The position numbers were made by a program, and so were the translations under genes. The notes under the pieces are model-generated. The model saw only the letters and a program-made list of their open reading frames with translations. It did not search any database and was not told the origin of the DNA. A stretch of DNA of 64,000 bases from an uncultured Candidatus Rokubacteria bacterium (GTDB taxonomy: Bacteria; Methylomirabilota; Methylomirabilia; Rokubacteriales; CSP1-6), in assembly GCA_963747235.1 (NCBI GenBank), contig CAVVEU010000039.1, positions 1 to 64,000 of the forward strand, read 5' to 3'. This document shows, one piece after another, positions 11,464 to 22,319 of this stretch. Every line of letters starts with the position of its first letter. The stretch's first letter is position 1.

Positions 11464-11520
11464 CCGACGCTTCGCGCGACTCGAGCGCCGACCGCCGGCC
11501 GGAGCTCGGCGCCGGCCGAC

Positions 11521-11624
11521 TGAGGCTCCCCCGCCCCATTTGCGGCGTGCCCACCCCAGCCCACACCGGAGCAGTGCCGCAAGTTTCCGAAATGGCGTAC
11601 GTCCGGCCTGGCACCGACCTTGTA
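11521..11624 (+). promoter_or_regulatory. Sigma-54 promoter module P3
   Basis: UAS TGAGGCTCCCCCGCCCCA 11521-11538 and TGCGGCGTGCCCACCCCA 11541-11558; IHF-like 11580-11592; TGGCAC-CGACC-TTGTA 11609-11624. Confidence 0.8.
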
Positions 11625-11677
11625 ATGCGGAGGGGCGGGGCACGGATGCAGTGGCCGGTACTCGAAGGGAGGCTGCC

Positions 11678-11827
11678 ATGCTGTGGACGATCGTGGTGAT
11701 TCTTCTGGTGCTGTGGGGGCTTGGCATGTTGAGCGCCTACACGGCCGGCGGGCTGATCCATCTCCTGCTGGTGGTCGCGATCATCGTCGTCGTGCTCCAG
11801 TTCGTGAGCGGTCGGCGATCCATGTGA
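11678..11827 (+). CDS. lmo0937-family small membrane protein
   Basis: MLWTIVVILLVLWGLGM..GGLIHLLLVVAIIVV; GGGAGG RBS. Confidence 0.85.
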   Translation: MLWTIVVILLVLWGLGMLSAYTAGGLIHLLLVVAIIVVVLQFVSGRRSM

Positions 11828-11885
11828 CAGGACATCGCGGCCGCCGAGGAGCAGGCTAGTTTTCCCGTGCTCGGCGCCACGCGTG

Positions 11886-11991
11886 TGGGGCGCGCACGCC
11901 GCAGCGTAGCGGTCCTGTCCCACTCGCGCGACGCGTTCCGCCCGCCAACATCTCGAATCCTCTGCGATATCCGCTTGGCACCTCGCTTGCT
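11886..11991 (+). promoter_or_regulatory. Sigma-54 promoter module P4
   Basis: UAS TGGGGCGCGCACGCCGCA 11886-11903 and CGTAGCGGTCCTGTCCCA 11905-11922; IHF-like 11946-11958; TGGCAC-CTCGC-TTGCT 11976-11991. Confidence 0.85.
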
Positions 11992-12041
11992 CACCAGATC
12001 AACGTCGAGATCCAGGCGATGAAGACCGCGACAGGAGGACG

Positions 12042-12335
12042 GTGATGCGAAGCAGCCGGGTTTTCGTGGTGGGAGCGATCGTGGGGGCCGCCGTGGTGTG
12101 GCTGTGGGGCCGGGAGGTGGAGGCCTACGTGGAGGAGAAGACGCGCGGGGTGCGCACGACGGTCGCGGAGGGAGTCCGGGCGGTCGAGGAGACGGCCGGG
12201 CAGGTGCTGGACCGCAGCGGTGAGGCCCTGCGTCGGGCCGACGACTTCTTGCAGGACACGAAGGCGCATGTGAGCGAAGCGCTCCGGGCCGGGCAGGAGG
12301 CGATCCGCCCGGCACCCGCGGCCAGAGAATCGTAA
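12042..12335 (+). CDS. YtxH-like membrane-anchored helical stress protein
   Basis: N-terminal FVVGAIVGAAVVWL followed by amphipathic repeats; AGGAGG RBS. Confidence 0.6.
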   Translation: MMRSSRVFVVGAIVGAAVVWLWGREVEAYVEEKTRGVRTTVAEGVRAVEETAGQVLDRSGEALRRADDFLQDTKAHVSEALRAGQEAIRPAPAARES

Positions 12336-12353
12336 CGAGGGAAGGAGAGGGCC

Positions 12354-12581
12354 ATGAAGCCTGTGACTATCGTCGGTGTCGCCCTGATCGTTCTCGGCGT
12401 GCTGGCCTTGGCCTATCAGGGCATCACGTACACGACGCGTGAGCAGATCATCGACCTGGGACCGGTCAAGGCCTCGGTCGACAAGAAGAAGAGCATCCCG
12501 CTGCCTCCGATCGTCGGCGCGCTCGCGCTTGCCGGGGGTGTGGTGCTGATCTTCATCGGATCTCGAAAGTCCTCGGCATGA
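12354..12581 (+). CDS. Small two-TM protein (DUF3185-like)
   Basis: GVLALAYQGITYTTRE..IDLGP..IPLPPIVG. Confidence 0.7.
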   Translation: MKPVTIVGVALIVLGVLALAYQGITYTTREQIIDLGPVKASVDKKKSIPLPPIVGALALAGGVVLIFIGSRKSSA

Positions 12582-12627
12582 TCATCCTCGGCTCCGTGCG
12601 AGACATACGCATCCGGTAGCGCTCCAT

Positions 12628-13191
12628 GTGGCCCACGTCGTGTTGATCCAGGAGCTGAGCAGCCAGGCGAGCCTGGACCTGCTGGCCCGCACGCGGCTCG
12701 GCAGGCTGGCGTGCAGTCAGGGGGGCCAGCCCTACGTGGTGCCCGTCTATTTCGCGTACGCGGATCATTCGCTCTATGGCTTTGCCACCCTCGGGAAGAA
12801 GATCGACTGGATGCGCGCCAACCCCTTGGTTTGTGTCGAGGTGGACGAGGTGGTGAGCCCGCAGCAATGGACGAGCGTCATCGTCTTCGGTCGTTACGAG
12901 GAGCTGCCCGACACGCCGGAATGGCGGAACACGCGCGCATTCGCCCACGAACTGCTGAAGCACCCCGGCATGTGGTGGGAGCCGGCATACGTGAAGACCA
13001 TACTCGGAGGGGCCCCGCGCCCGCTCGTGCCGGTCTTCTACCGGATCCGCATTGTTGAGACCACCGGACACCGAGCCACTCCGGAGGGGGTGCCGCCGAC
13101 GGAACGCCGGTCCACGATCGCCTCGGGTGAGGCTGGGTGGCTGGAGCGGCTGCTGCGGCAGGTCCGGGGCGAGCGGCGGGGCCGGCGGTGA
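12628..13191 (+). CDS. Pyridoxamine 5'-phosphate oxidase-like flavin-binding protein
   Basis: LGRLAC..QPYVVP..GKKIDWMRANPLVCVEVD..WTSVIVFGRYEEL. Confidence 0.88.
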   Translation: MAHVVLIQELSSQASLDLLARTRLGRLACSQGGQPYVVPVYFAYADHSLYGFATLGKKIDWMRANPLVCVEVDEVVSPQQWTSVIVFGRYEELPDTPEWRNTRAFAHELLKHPGMWWEPAYVKTILGGAPRPLVPVFYRIRIVETTGHRATPEGVPPTERRSTIASGEAGWLERLLRQVRGERRGRR

Positions 13192-14214
13192 GCGGCTGGG
13201 AGCCGATCCGGAAGTCGGCGGAGGATGGATCTGTCGCCCCGAATCTCGCGGACTACGCGCGGGGCCGCGCCGAGTTCTCGTGGCAAGGCGCGCGCGGCCC
13301 TCGACGGGCTGTCGGACGGGCGAGGGCTGAACATCGCCCATGAGGCGGTCGACCGTCACGTGGCTCCCGGCCACGGCGAGCACGTGGCGCTGCGGTGGCT
13401 CGGCAAGCGGGGCCAGGCCGTCGACTTCACCTACGCCAGCCTCGCCGAGCTGACGAGCCGCTTCGCCAATGTCCTGCGCTCGCTCGGCGTGGGCCCGGGC
13501 GAGCGGGTCTACGCCCTGGCCGGACGCATTCCCGAGCTCTACGTCGCCGCGCTCGGCACGCTCAAGAGCCGCGGCGTGTTCTGCCCGATGTTCTCCGCGT
13601 TCGGCCCCGAGCCGATTCGCGTCGGCATGGCGACCGGCCACGCTCGCGTGCTCGTCACCACGGAGTCCCTGTACCGGCGGAAGATCGCCGGGATCCGGGC
13701 GGCGCTCCCGGATCTCCGGCACGTGCTGCTGGTCGGTGACGACCGCGGGCCCACCGGCGTTCCGGGAACGCTGGACTATGCCACCCTGATGGCGCGCGCC
13801 GACGGACGGTTCGACATCGAGCGGACGGACCCGGAGGAGATGGCCCTGCTGCATTTCACCAGCGGCACCACCGGCCGGCCCAAGGGCGCGGTGCACGTGC
13901 ACGAGGCCGTCGTCGCGCACCACATCACGGGGCGGCTCGCGCTCGATCTCCATCCGGAGGACGTCTTCTGGTGCACCGCGGATCCGGGCTGGGTCACCGG
14001 GACGTCCTACGGGATCATCGCGCCGCTGACCTGCGGGATCACCCACCGCCAAGCCAAGCGGCTCGGGGTCAAGCGGCTCGTGTTCGCGCATCTCGGCCGG
14101 CCCCCCCTCCGGGCGTTGTCCCGCGGAAAGAAGCCCCCGTTCGGGGAACTGGCGGCCGATGGGCAGACGTTCGGGGTTGTGCGGCGGCCTCGGCTGCCCG
14201 GGCGGTCCCGGTAG
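13188..14214 (+). pseudogene. acsA: Truncated acetate--CoA ligase (AcsA) fused to the C-terminus of an MBL-fold hydrolase
   Basis: [39 protein letters not shown], then an abrupt switch to [16 protein letters not shown]; frameshift near 13290. Confidence 0.8.
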
Positions 14215-14274
14215 TCGAAGGAGGGCGCGATGAGGAAGGAGCACGAGGTGCGCGAAAGCCGTCGTCCCTGGAAA

Positions 14275-14417
14275 TCCGGCCGGCGTGCCCCACGTGTGGC
14301 GCGCACGCCTCATCTCTACCAGAGCCCCCCCCGGCTCGCCGGCGCCCGACAACTCGCAGCAACCCAAGCGTTATCACACCATGGCCAGAGAGAAGTCGAG
14401 CTGGCACGGACGATGCT
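14275..14417 (+). promoter_or_regulatory. Sigma-54 promoter module P5
   Basis: UAS TCCGGCCGGCGTGCCCCA 14275-14292 and TGTGGCGCGCACGCCTCA 14295-14312; TGGCAC-GGACG-ATGCT 14402-14417. Confidence 0.75.
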
Positions 14418-14620
14418 CTGGTGATTCCGAGAGACCTGGACGGCCATGCCCTGGGAGCGGTTCGAGATCGTGCTGCCGAACTGAGGGAGGAGTTCGATCA
14501 CAGTGAAAGGAGGCATGAAGAGCCCCGCAAATGTTCCACCTCACGTCTAGCCAAGGCTGATGTAGCTCGTGGGCCGCGGTGCGATGAGCGCGACCCCCGA
14601 GAAGGGGAAGGAGACCAGTC

Positions 14621-15295
14621 ATGTCCCAGGCGATCAAGAAGAATGACACGCAGATCCATCATGACGTGCTCGAGGAGCTCAAGTGGGATTCCCGCGTCGA
14701 CGAGACGGAGGTCGGGCTCCAAGTGGCCGGTGGCGTTGTCACGCTGACCGGCATGGTGACGAGCTGGGCAAAGCGCATGGCGGCCCAGGAGGCGGCCCGT
14801 CGCGTGATCGGTGTTCTCGATGTGGCGAACGACGTCAAGGTGAAGGTGCCGGGTGGCCTCGCGCGCACCGACACCGAGATCGCTCAGGCGGTGCGGCAGG
14901 CACTCGAATGGGATGTGTTCGTCCCCAATGAGAAGATCACGTCCACGGTCACGGACGGCTGGGTCACGCTCGAAGGCCAGGTGGAGCGCTGGAGTCAGCG
15001 CGACGATGCGGAGCGGGCCGTCCGCAATCTGACGGGTGTGAAGATGGTCGTGAACAAGATCACCGTCACACCGGCGAAGCCGGTGATCGGGGACGTCCGG
15101 AAATCAATCGAGCAGACCCTGGAGCGGCGCGCCGAGCGCGAGGCCCGGCAGATCGCGGTGGATGTCCGGGAGGGCACCGTGACGCTGACGGGGCCGGTCC
15201 ATTCGTGGGCGGAGCGCAAGTCGGTTCTGGCCGCCGCCCGCTTCACTCCTGGTGTCCGAGCCGTCGTGGATCATCTGCGAACCGAGCCGGTCTGA
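14621..15295 (+). CDS. Triple BON-domain protein (OsmY-like)
   Basis: Three repeats of D..I..V..GxVTLxG.V..W..A..GV..V.N. Confidence 0.92.
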   Translation: MSQAIKKNDTQIHHDVLEELKWDSRVDETEVGLQVAGGVVTLTGMVTSWAKRMAAQEAARRVIGVLDVANDVKVKVPGGLARTDTEIAQAVRQALEWDVFVPNEKITSTVTDGWVTLEGQVERWSQRDDAERAVRNLTGVKMVVNKITVTPAKPVIGDVRKSIEQTLERRAEREARQIAVDVREGTVTLTGPVHSWAERKSVLAAARFTPGVRAVVDHLRTEPV

Positions 15296-15426
15296 GGAAG
15301 TAGACGCCGCGACCGAGATCCACATCGCGGGCAAGGTGGGCCGTCTGCCGGTTCATCCCGGGGGCGGCTCACGTCCTAGCGCGAGCGGAGGAGGGGACTC
15401 GAGGGAATCCCCCAAGGAGAACTCTT

Positions 15427-15807
15427 ATGTACAAGCGCGCACTAGTCCCGCTCGACGGCTCGTCCGTGGCCGAAGCCATCATCCCGTTCATCCTGGACAT
15501 CGCCGGCCCCCGCGACATGGAGGTGGTCCTGCTCCGGGTCGTCGAGCCGATCCCGCCCGTGGTGGCCGAGGGGGCACGCAATCCGGCCGACGAGATCGTG
15601 GCGGCTGCCCGCGAAACCGGTGCCGATCTGATCGCGATGTCCACCCACGGCCGCAGCGGTCTGGACCGACTGGTGTTCGGTTCTGTCGCGCAGGCCGTGC
15701 TGCGCCATGTCGAGATCCCGGTGTTCCTGATGCGCACGACGGAAGCCCAGGTGGCCAAGCGCGTCGCCCGGGCTCCGATCGAGAAGCAGGCCGGGAAACG
15801 CCCATAG
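15427..15807 (+). CDS. Universal stress protein, probably internally deleted
   Basis: LVPLDGS..DLIAMSTHGRSG..FGSVA; the middle helix is missing. Confidence 0.8.
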   Translation: MYKRALVPLDGSSVAEAIIPFILDIAGPRDMEVVLLRVVEPIPPVVAEGARNPADEIVAAARETGADLIAMSTHGRSGLDRLVFGSVAQAVLRHVEIPVFLMRTTEAQVAKRVARAPIEKQAGKRP

Positions 15808-15823
15808 CACAAGGGGTACGAGC

Positions 15824-15990
15824 ATGGATATGTGCATCTGCGGCCATTCCGACCGGGAGCACGACCAGACGGGCGAATGCCGGGCGGCCGGCTGCCGCTG
15901 CAAGCACTTCAAGCCGGAGATCGCCCTTGGGGCGCCGCGGCCGCATGGAAGCGCGGGCGCCCCGGCCGTGGTCCACCCGCCGATCCGAGA
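15824..15990 (+). other. Small Cys/His-rich ORF start (MDMCICGHSDREH..CRAAGCRCKHF)
   Basis: CxCGH-x4-H...C-x4-CxC pattern; 3' end unclear. Confidence 0.4.
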
Positions 15991-15997
15991 GACGGCT

Positions 15998-16446
15998 ATG
16001 ACGCGTGGACTGATGCCGTGGACGGGGACCGCTGGTTCGATCGCCTCGGGGAGCTCAACCGGCAGGGCATCGCGTTCGCCCGGGCGATCCGCGCCAAGGT
16101 GACCGCGCTCACGGTCTCGCCGTCGTTCTACGCCTTCGAGGTCGATCCGATCATGGTGGGCTACATTCCGTCGCCGGAGCAATACGCGACGAGCGCCGCG
16201 GCCCGGGCCGAGCAGTATCTCGCGGGGGCGACGGTGGAGGCGGGAATCGCCGGGGTCCCCTGCGAGACCCTGCACGTGACGCGGGACCATGTTTACGAGG
16301 TGATCGTCGACACCGCCGGCACGAAGGGCTGCGATCTGATCTTCATGGCGTCGCATGGGCGCAAGGGGATCTCAGCGTTCGTGCTCGGCAGCGAGACCTA
16401 CAAGGTGCTCAGCCACAGCAAGATCCCCGTGCTGGTCTGCCGGTGA
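15998..16446 (+). pseudogene. Chimeric scar: hsp20 5' fragment joined to the 3' part of a UspA gene
   Basis: 15998-16026 matches the hsp20 start at 27622-27650 at 27/29 nt; then DLIFMASHGRKG..LGSET..IPVLVCR. Confidence 0.75.
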
Positions 16447-16447
16447 C

Positions 16448-16966
16448 CTACCACCTCACGTCCCGGATCCCGAGCCAGTAGGCGAGGTGGTTCACGAGAA
16501 TGTGTCCGATCACGCTGAGCGCGAGGATGGTCGCCAGATCGACCCATGACAGCGCCGCCGCACCCCAGACGAGCGCGAGCGCGCCCAGCACGAAGTCGAT
16601 CTGGTCCCAGGGGATCCAGGGCCGGCCCGGGGCGATTCCGGCGCGGCGCTTGACGAAGCTCTTCGCGGTGTCGCCGGCCATGGCGCCCACGCCAAAGCGG
16701 AGCCCGAGCGTCAGCCAGGCTTCGGGAGCGGCGAGCGCGCCCTCCCAGGCGATGCGGGACTGGACGAACGTCGCCGCCACCGCCGCGAGGACGCCGATGG
16801 CGAACCCCCCGGCGGTCTTGTGGGAGCCGAGCCACCGTTGGCTGAGCGGCGGGTTCCACCCGCTCCAGTCCCGGACGAACGGGGGGGCCATGTTGGCGGC
16901 GTAGGCCGGTGCCATGAAGTAGAGGAGCTGGACCACGCGGAAGAGAATCGGAGCGAGGGTGATCAT
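16448..16966 (-). CDS. CDP-archaeol synthase-like (CarS/DUF46) membrane cytidylyltransferase
   Basis: PAYAANMAP, LGSHKT..G, GAMAGD..KSFVKRR.GI.PG..PWDQIDF. Confidence 0.85.
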   Translation of the reverse strand: MITLAPILFRVVQLLYFMAPAYAANMAPPFVRDWSGWNPPLSQRWLGSHKTAGGFAIGVLAAVAATFVQSRIAWEGALAAPEAWLTLGLRFGVGAMAGDTAKSFVKRRAGIAPGRPWIPWDQIDFVLGALALVWGAAALSWVDLATILALSVIGHILVNHLAYWLGIRDVRW

Positions 16967-16999
16967 GCGTGGGCTCCGATTGGCTGAGGAGGCCCGAGC

Positions 17000-17426
17000 A
17001 TGGCGAAGATCCGAACGGTGATGGTGGCGTCCGATTTCTCGTCGGTCTCGGACGCCGCGTTCGCGCGCGCGGTGGCGCTGGCCAAGGCCAATCGCGCAAA
17101 GCTCCTGGTGATGCACGCGGTGATGCTCTCCACTCCGCCCCTGGGCAGCCAGTACGTCCCACCGCCGACCTGGGATCGGATCGAGGCGGCCCTGCACGCG
17201 GCGGCGAAGAAGCAGGTCGGGGCGCTGGTGGCGAAGGCCAGGCGGGCGGGCGTCCGCGCCGCGGGTCTGGTCGTGGCCGGAAGCCCGTATGAGGTCATCG
17301 TCCGGGCGGCCAGGTCGAAGCGCGCGGACGTCCTCGTGCTCGGCACGCACGGTCGCACCGGGTTGCCGCGCTTCTTCCTGGGCAGCGTGGCCGCGCGCGC
17401 CCTCGCGACCGCGCCCTGCCCGGTGC

Positions 17427-17446
<20 letters not shown>
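17000..17446 (+). CDS. Universal stress protein
   Basis: [27 protein letters not shown]. Confidence 0.93.
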
Positions 17447-18632
<1,186 letters not shown>

Positions 18633-18646
18633 GAGCCACCTCCCGG

Positions 18647-19669
18647 TCAGCGCGGGGCGTACCGCCGCGTGATGTTCGGCACGAGGTATTCCTCGAACGT
18701 GCGCCTGAGATCGTAGGCCGGCCGGAAGCCCCAGTCGCGTCGAGCCGGCGTGTCGTCCACGTCCTCGGGCCACGAATCGACGATGGCCTGCCGGCGCCGG
18801 TCCGGCGCGAAGGAGATCCGGGCTTCCGGAAACACGCTGCGCACGAGATCGGCCAGCTCGCCGGCGCTGGGGCTGAAGGCGGCGACGTTGTAGACCGGCC
18901 TGGTCAGCGATCCGGCCGGCGCCTCGAGCAGCGCCAGCAGGGCGGTGATCGCGTCGGGCATGGCCATGAACGGGATGCGGGTGTCCTCCCGGACGAAGCA
19001 GGCGTACGGGCGTCGCTGAGCCGCGGCGTGGATCATCTCCGGCGCGTAGTCGCTCGTGCCGCCACTCGGCTCCGTGAAGGCGGAGATCAGCCCGGGGAGG
19101 CGGATCGCCCGGAAATCGACCCCGCTCGGCTCGCCGGCCGCCAGCTGGCGGTAGTGACGCGCGAAGTAGCGCCCGAGGTGCTCGCAGTAGAGCTTGTTGC
19201 AGCCGTACATCGTGGTGGGCGAGAGCCACACGGGTTCGGTCACCTTCCCGGCCGCGCGCTTGGTGTCGAGGTCCGGCATCCCGTAGACCGCGATCGAGCT
19301 CGGGAAGAGGAACCGGACCGGATGGCCGAGCGAGCGGGCCTCGTCCACGGCCAGACGCAAGAGGTTCAACGTGCCCTGCACGTTGACCTCGTGGGCCGTT
19401 TCCGGCACGAACTCCGCCCGCGTGGAGAGGAGCGCGGCCAGATGGAAAACGACCGAGATCTCGAACTCGCTGCGGAGACGGTCCAGCAGGTGGCGGTCGA
19501 GGATGTCCCCGATCCGGGTCGCCGCGCAGCGCCGCGCGATTGCCTCGTCCATGGCCCGGACGTCGAGGGCCAGCACGTCGTAGACCGCGAGATCCGCGAG
19601 TTGATGGATGAGGCCGTGTCCGACCTCGCCCCCCGCGCCGGTCACCAGGACCACCGGCCTGCGTGTCAT
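18647..19669 (-). CDS. SDR-type L-threonine 3-dehydrogenase (NAD-epimerase fold)
   Basis: [37 protein letters not shown]; adjacent to kbl. Confidence 0.85.
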   Translation of the reverse strand: MTRRPVVLVTGAGGEVGHGLIHQLADLAVYDVLALDVRAMDEAIARRCAATRIGDILDRHLLDRLRSEFEISVVFHLAALLSTRAEFVPETAHEVNVQGTLNLLRLAVDEARSLGHPVRFLFPSSIAVYGMPDLDTKRAAGKVTEPVWLSPTTMYGCNKLYCEHLGRYFARHYRQLAAGEPSGVDFRAIRLPGLISAFTEPSGGTSDYAPEMIHAAAQRRPYACFVREDTRIPFMAMPDAITALLALLEAPAGSLTRPVYNVAAFSPSAGELADLVRSVFPEARISFAPDRRRQAIVDSWPEDVDDTPARRDWGFRPAYDLRRTFEEYLVPNITRRYAPR

Positions 19670-19733
19670 CAGGACTCTCCTGGCCCCGACCGATAGCAGG
19701 GCCGGCGGCCCTGCGCAAGAGCACCGGGCCTGC

Positions 19734-19849
19734 CGGGACTCCGCCGCCTCATCCGGGGAGCCGTCGCCTCACTCGCCCACGCCCGGCGAGGCTCAGTCCG
19801 GATGATGAGGGCGGGAATCCTCGGCCGACCGCGTGGCACCGCCTTTGCT
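19734..19849 (+). promoter_or_regulatory. Sigma-54 promoter module P6
   Basis: UAS CGGGACTCCGCCGCCTCA 19734-19751 and CGGGGAGCCGTCGCCTCA 19754-19771; TGGCAC-CGCCT-TTGCT 19834-19849. Confidence 0.88.
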
Positions 19850-19879
19850 CCAGCTTCGCGTGGAGCCCAGGAGGCCGCC

Positions 19880-20299
19880 ATGATCGCACGCGAGCTGATG
19901 ACACCGGACCCGCTGACCGTGACGCCCCAGGCGAGCGTCGCCGAGGTGTGGGACCTCATGCGCGAGGCGGACGTCCGGCACATCCCGGTCGTCCAGGCTG
20001 ATGCCCTGGTGGGCATGGTGAGCGATCGCGACCTCGGGCGCGTGGACATCGCCCGGCTGCTGAATGTCGAGGGAGCGGGCGCGCTCCGGGATGAGCTGGC
20101 AACGCCGATCGTCCGGGTCATGACCTCCCAGGTGATCGCGGTGGGGCCGGAGGCGGACATCGGCGAGGTGATCGAGCTCCTGATCGAGCACAAGATCGGC
20201 GCGCTCCCGGTGGTCCAGGAGGAGACCCGCGAGGTGCTGGGGATCATCAGCTACGTGGACGTGCTAAGGGCGCTGCAGGGCGTGCTGGACGAGAACTGA
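19880..20299 (+). CDS. CBS-pair protein
   Basis: VRHIPVV..GMVSDRDL; KIGALPVV..GIISYVDVL; AGGAGG RBS. Confidence 0.9.
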   Translation: MIARELMTPDPLTVTPQASVAEVWDLMREADVRHIPVVQADALVGMVSDRDLGRVDIARLLNVEGAGALRDELATPIVRVMTSQVIAVGPEADIGEVIELLIEHKIGALPVVQEETREVLGIISYVDVLRALQGVLDEN

Positions 20300-20319
20300 A
20301 CGAACGGGCCGGTGCCGCC

Positions 20320-21435
20320 TTGAAGAGTCAGCTCGAGGTTGCCGAGGTCTGGGGGATCCCGATCCGTGTCCATCTGAGCTGGGTCCTCGTCTTCGGCCTC
20401 GTGACCTGGTCGCTGGCGGCCGGCTACTTCCCAGCCGAGTATCCGGGCTGGACCGTCCCGTCCTACTGGGCGATCGGAGCGGTCACCGCGCTCGCCTTCT
20501 TCGCGTCCATCCTGATCCACGAGCTGGGGCACTCATGGGTGGCCCGGCGAAACGGGATCCCGATCGAGAGCATCACCCTGTTCGTGTTCGGCGGCGTGGC
20601 CCGGATCTCCCGGGAGCCGGACACGCCGGGCGTGGAGTTCCGGATGGCGATCGCCGGACCCGTGACGAGCTTCGTGCTGGCCGGCCTGTTCGCGGGAGCG
20701 TGGCAGCTGGCCTGGGAGGCGCCGCTGCTCGCGGCGCCCGCGATCTGGCTGGCCCGCATCAACTTCCTCGTGGCGGTCTTCAACCTGGTGCCCGGCTTCC
20801 CGCTGGACGGCGGCCGCCTCTTGCGCGCGGCGGTGTGGCACTTCACCGGGAGCCTCCATCGCGCGAGCCAGGTCGCGGCCTTCAGCGGCCAGCTCGTGGC
20901 GTTCGGCCTCATCGGCTGGGGCATCCTGACCGTGATGGGGGGCAACGTGATCGGGGGCATGTGGCTCGCCTTCATCGGCTGGTTCCTCCAGAATGCCGCC
21001 GCCCACAGCCACGCCGAGGCCAATCTGCGGGAGCTGCTGCGCGACGTGACGGTGGCCCAGGCGATGACATCGGACTGCCGGCGCATCGCGCGCGGCGCGA
21101 GCCTCGAGCGCATCGTCCGCGAGGAGGTGCTGGGGGCGGGGCGGCGCTGCTTCGCGGTGACGGAGGGCGAGCGGCTGACGGGCCTGCTCACGCTGCACGA
21201 GATCAAGGCCATCCCGCAGGAGCGCTGGGCCGAGGTCACCGCGGGGGAGATCATGACGCCGGCGGAAAAGGTGACCGTGGTGGAGCCGAAGGCGGATCTG
21301 CTCACCGCGCTCAAGAAGATGGACGACGCCAACGTGGCACAGGTGCCGGTGCTGGCCGCCGGCGAGCTCGTCGGCATGATCGGCCGGGAGCAGATTCTTC
21401 ACTACGTCCGGGTGCGCGCCGAGCTGGGCGTGTAG
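20320..21435 (+). CDS. Site-2 protease (M50) with C-terminal CBS pair
   Basis: HELGH, AIAGP, FNLVPGFPLDGGR, then two CBS repeats. Confidence 0.95.
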   Translation: MKSQLEVAEVWGIPIRVHLSWVLVFGLVTWSLAAGYFPAEYPGWTVPSYWAIGAVTALAFFASILIHELGHSWVARRNGIPIESITLFVFGGVARISREPDTPGVEFRMAIAGPVTSFVLAGLFAGAWQLAWEAPLLAAPAIWLARINFLVAVFNLVPGFPLDGGRLLRAAVWHFTGSLHRASQVAAFSGQLVAFGLIGWGILTVMGGNVIGGMWLAFIGWFLQNAAAHSHAEANLRELLRDVTVAQAMTSDCRRIARGASLERIVREEVLGAGRRCFAVTEGERLTGLLTLHEIKAIPQERWAEVTAGEIMTPAEKVTVVEPKADLLTALKKMDDANVAQVPVLAAGELVGMIGREQILHYVRVRAELGV

Positions 21436-21451
21436 GGCGCGGTCCCCCGGG

Positions 21452-21800
21452 CTAGTCCCGGCCACTCCTGAAATCGAGCGCTTCCGCGGTGTACCGATTG
21501 CCGGGATTCCAGAGCATCCAACCGGTCGCCCCGCCATCCAGTGCGCCTCTCATCTGGGCGCGAATCTCCGGCACCCCGAACGAGCGGCGGTGCTGGCGGC
21601 GCGGTGCACCCCCACACCACTCGTCTGTGCGCTCACTTCGGCCTTCGCCCGCTGGGACTGATCGGATCCGGCGCATTGCTCCTGACGATCGCCGGGCGCC
21701 CCCGGCGCTGCTCGGCGCCTTCGGACGTCGGCGGATCTCCGCCGCGGTCATCGGCGCGGTGACGCCCGGCCGGGGTGTCGATGCGTATCGAGGAGGGCGG
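21452..21800 (-). pseudogene. Remnant of a putative glycoside hydrolase (DUF4015-like) gene
   Basis: C-terminal FGVPEIRAQM..GWMLWNPGNRY; the rest is missing. Confidence 0.5.
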
Positions 21801-21874
21801 CGGGTGGCCTTCCAATGGTCGCCCCGGGACGAGTTGACCCGTCTTCGGTAGCGCGGCACCGGCTTGCCCGCCCG

Positions 21875-21989
21875 CGGGGACGCCGCGCCCCGCTGGGGTG
21901 GCGTCGCCCCATCGAACCGGGTGCCCCCGCGGTGTAACCTGTCGGGATCCTGGGGTTCTGATGGTGCGGCTCGTGGCAGCAGAGTTGCA
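21875..21989 (+). promoter_or_regulatory. Sigma-54 promoter module P7 (IHF/HU operon)
   Basis: UAS CGGGGACGCCGCGCCCCG 21875-21892 and TGGGGTGGCGTCGCCCCA 21894-21911; TGGCAG-CAGAG-TTGCA 21974-21989. Confidence 0.88.
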
Positions 21990-22010
21990 AAGTCCTCTCG
22001 CGGGAGACCG

Positions 22011-22319
22011 ATGGCCATGAACAAGAGCGACCTGGTTCTCGAAGTGGCCCGGGCCGCGGGTCTCACCCGCGAGCTGAGCGAAGCGGTCGTGACCGCGGTA
22101 TTCGAGCGGATCACGGAGGCGCTGGTGAGGGCGGAGCGCGTGGAGCTGCGCGGTCTGGGCACGTTCGAGGTGAGGCAGCGAGCCGCGCACGCCGGCCGGA
22201 ACCCGAAGACCGGTGCCCCGGTCCAGGTCCCGACCCGGAAGGTCCCGTTCTTCCGGACCGGGAAGGAGCTGCGGGCGATCCTGAATCCGCAGGCGGCGCC
22301 CGAGAAGGTCCACGCATGA
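22011..22319 (+). CDS. HU/IHF-family DNA-bending protein (IHF-beta-like)
   Basis: MNKSDLV..VELRGLGTF..GRNPKTG..VPFFRTGKELR. Confidence 0.93.
   Translation: MAMNKSDLVLEVARAAGLTRELSEAVVTAVFERITEALVRAERVELRGLGTFEVRQRAAHAGRNPKTGAPVQVPTRKVPFFRTGKELRAILNPQAAPEKVHA

Noticed and set aside
19720-19735. Minus-strand sigma-54 box CGGCAG-GCCCG-GTGCT for tdh-kbl
   Set aside because: Weak match that abuts and overlaps the P6 enhancer, leaving no room for looping; not counted.
21854-21868. CGGCAC..TTGC sigma-54-like box
   Set aside because: GG-to-GC spacing is 9 rather than the obligatory 10.
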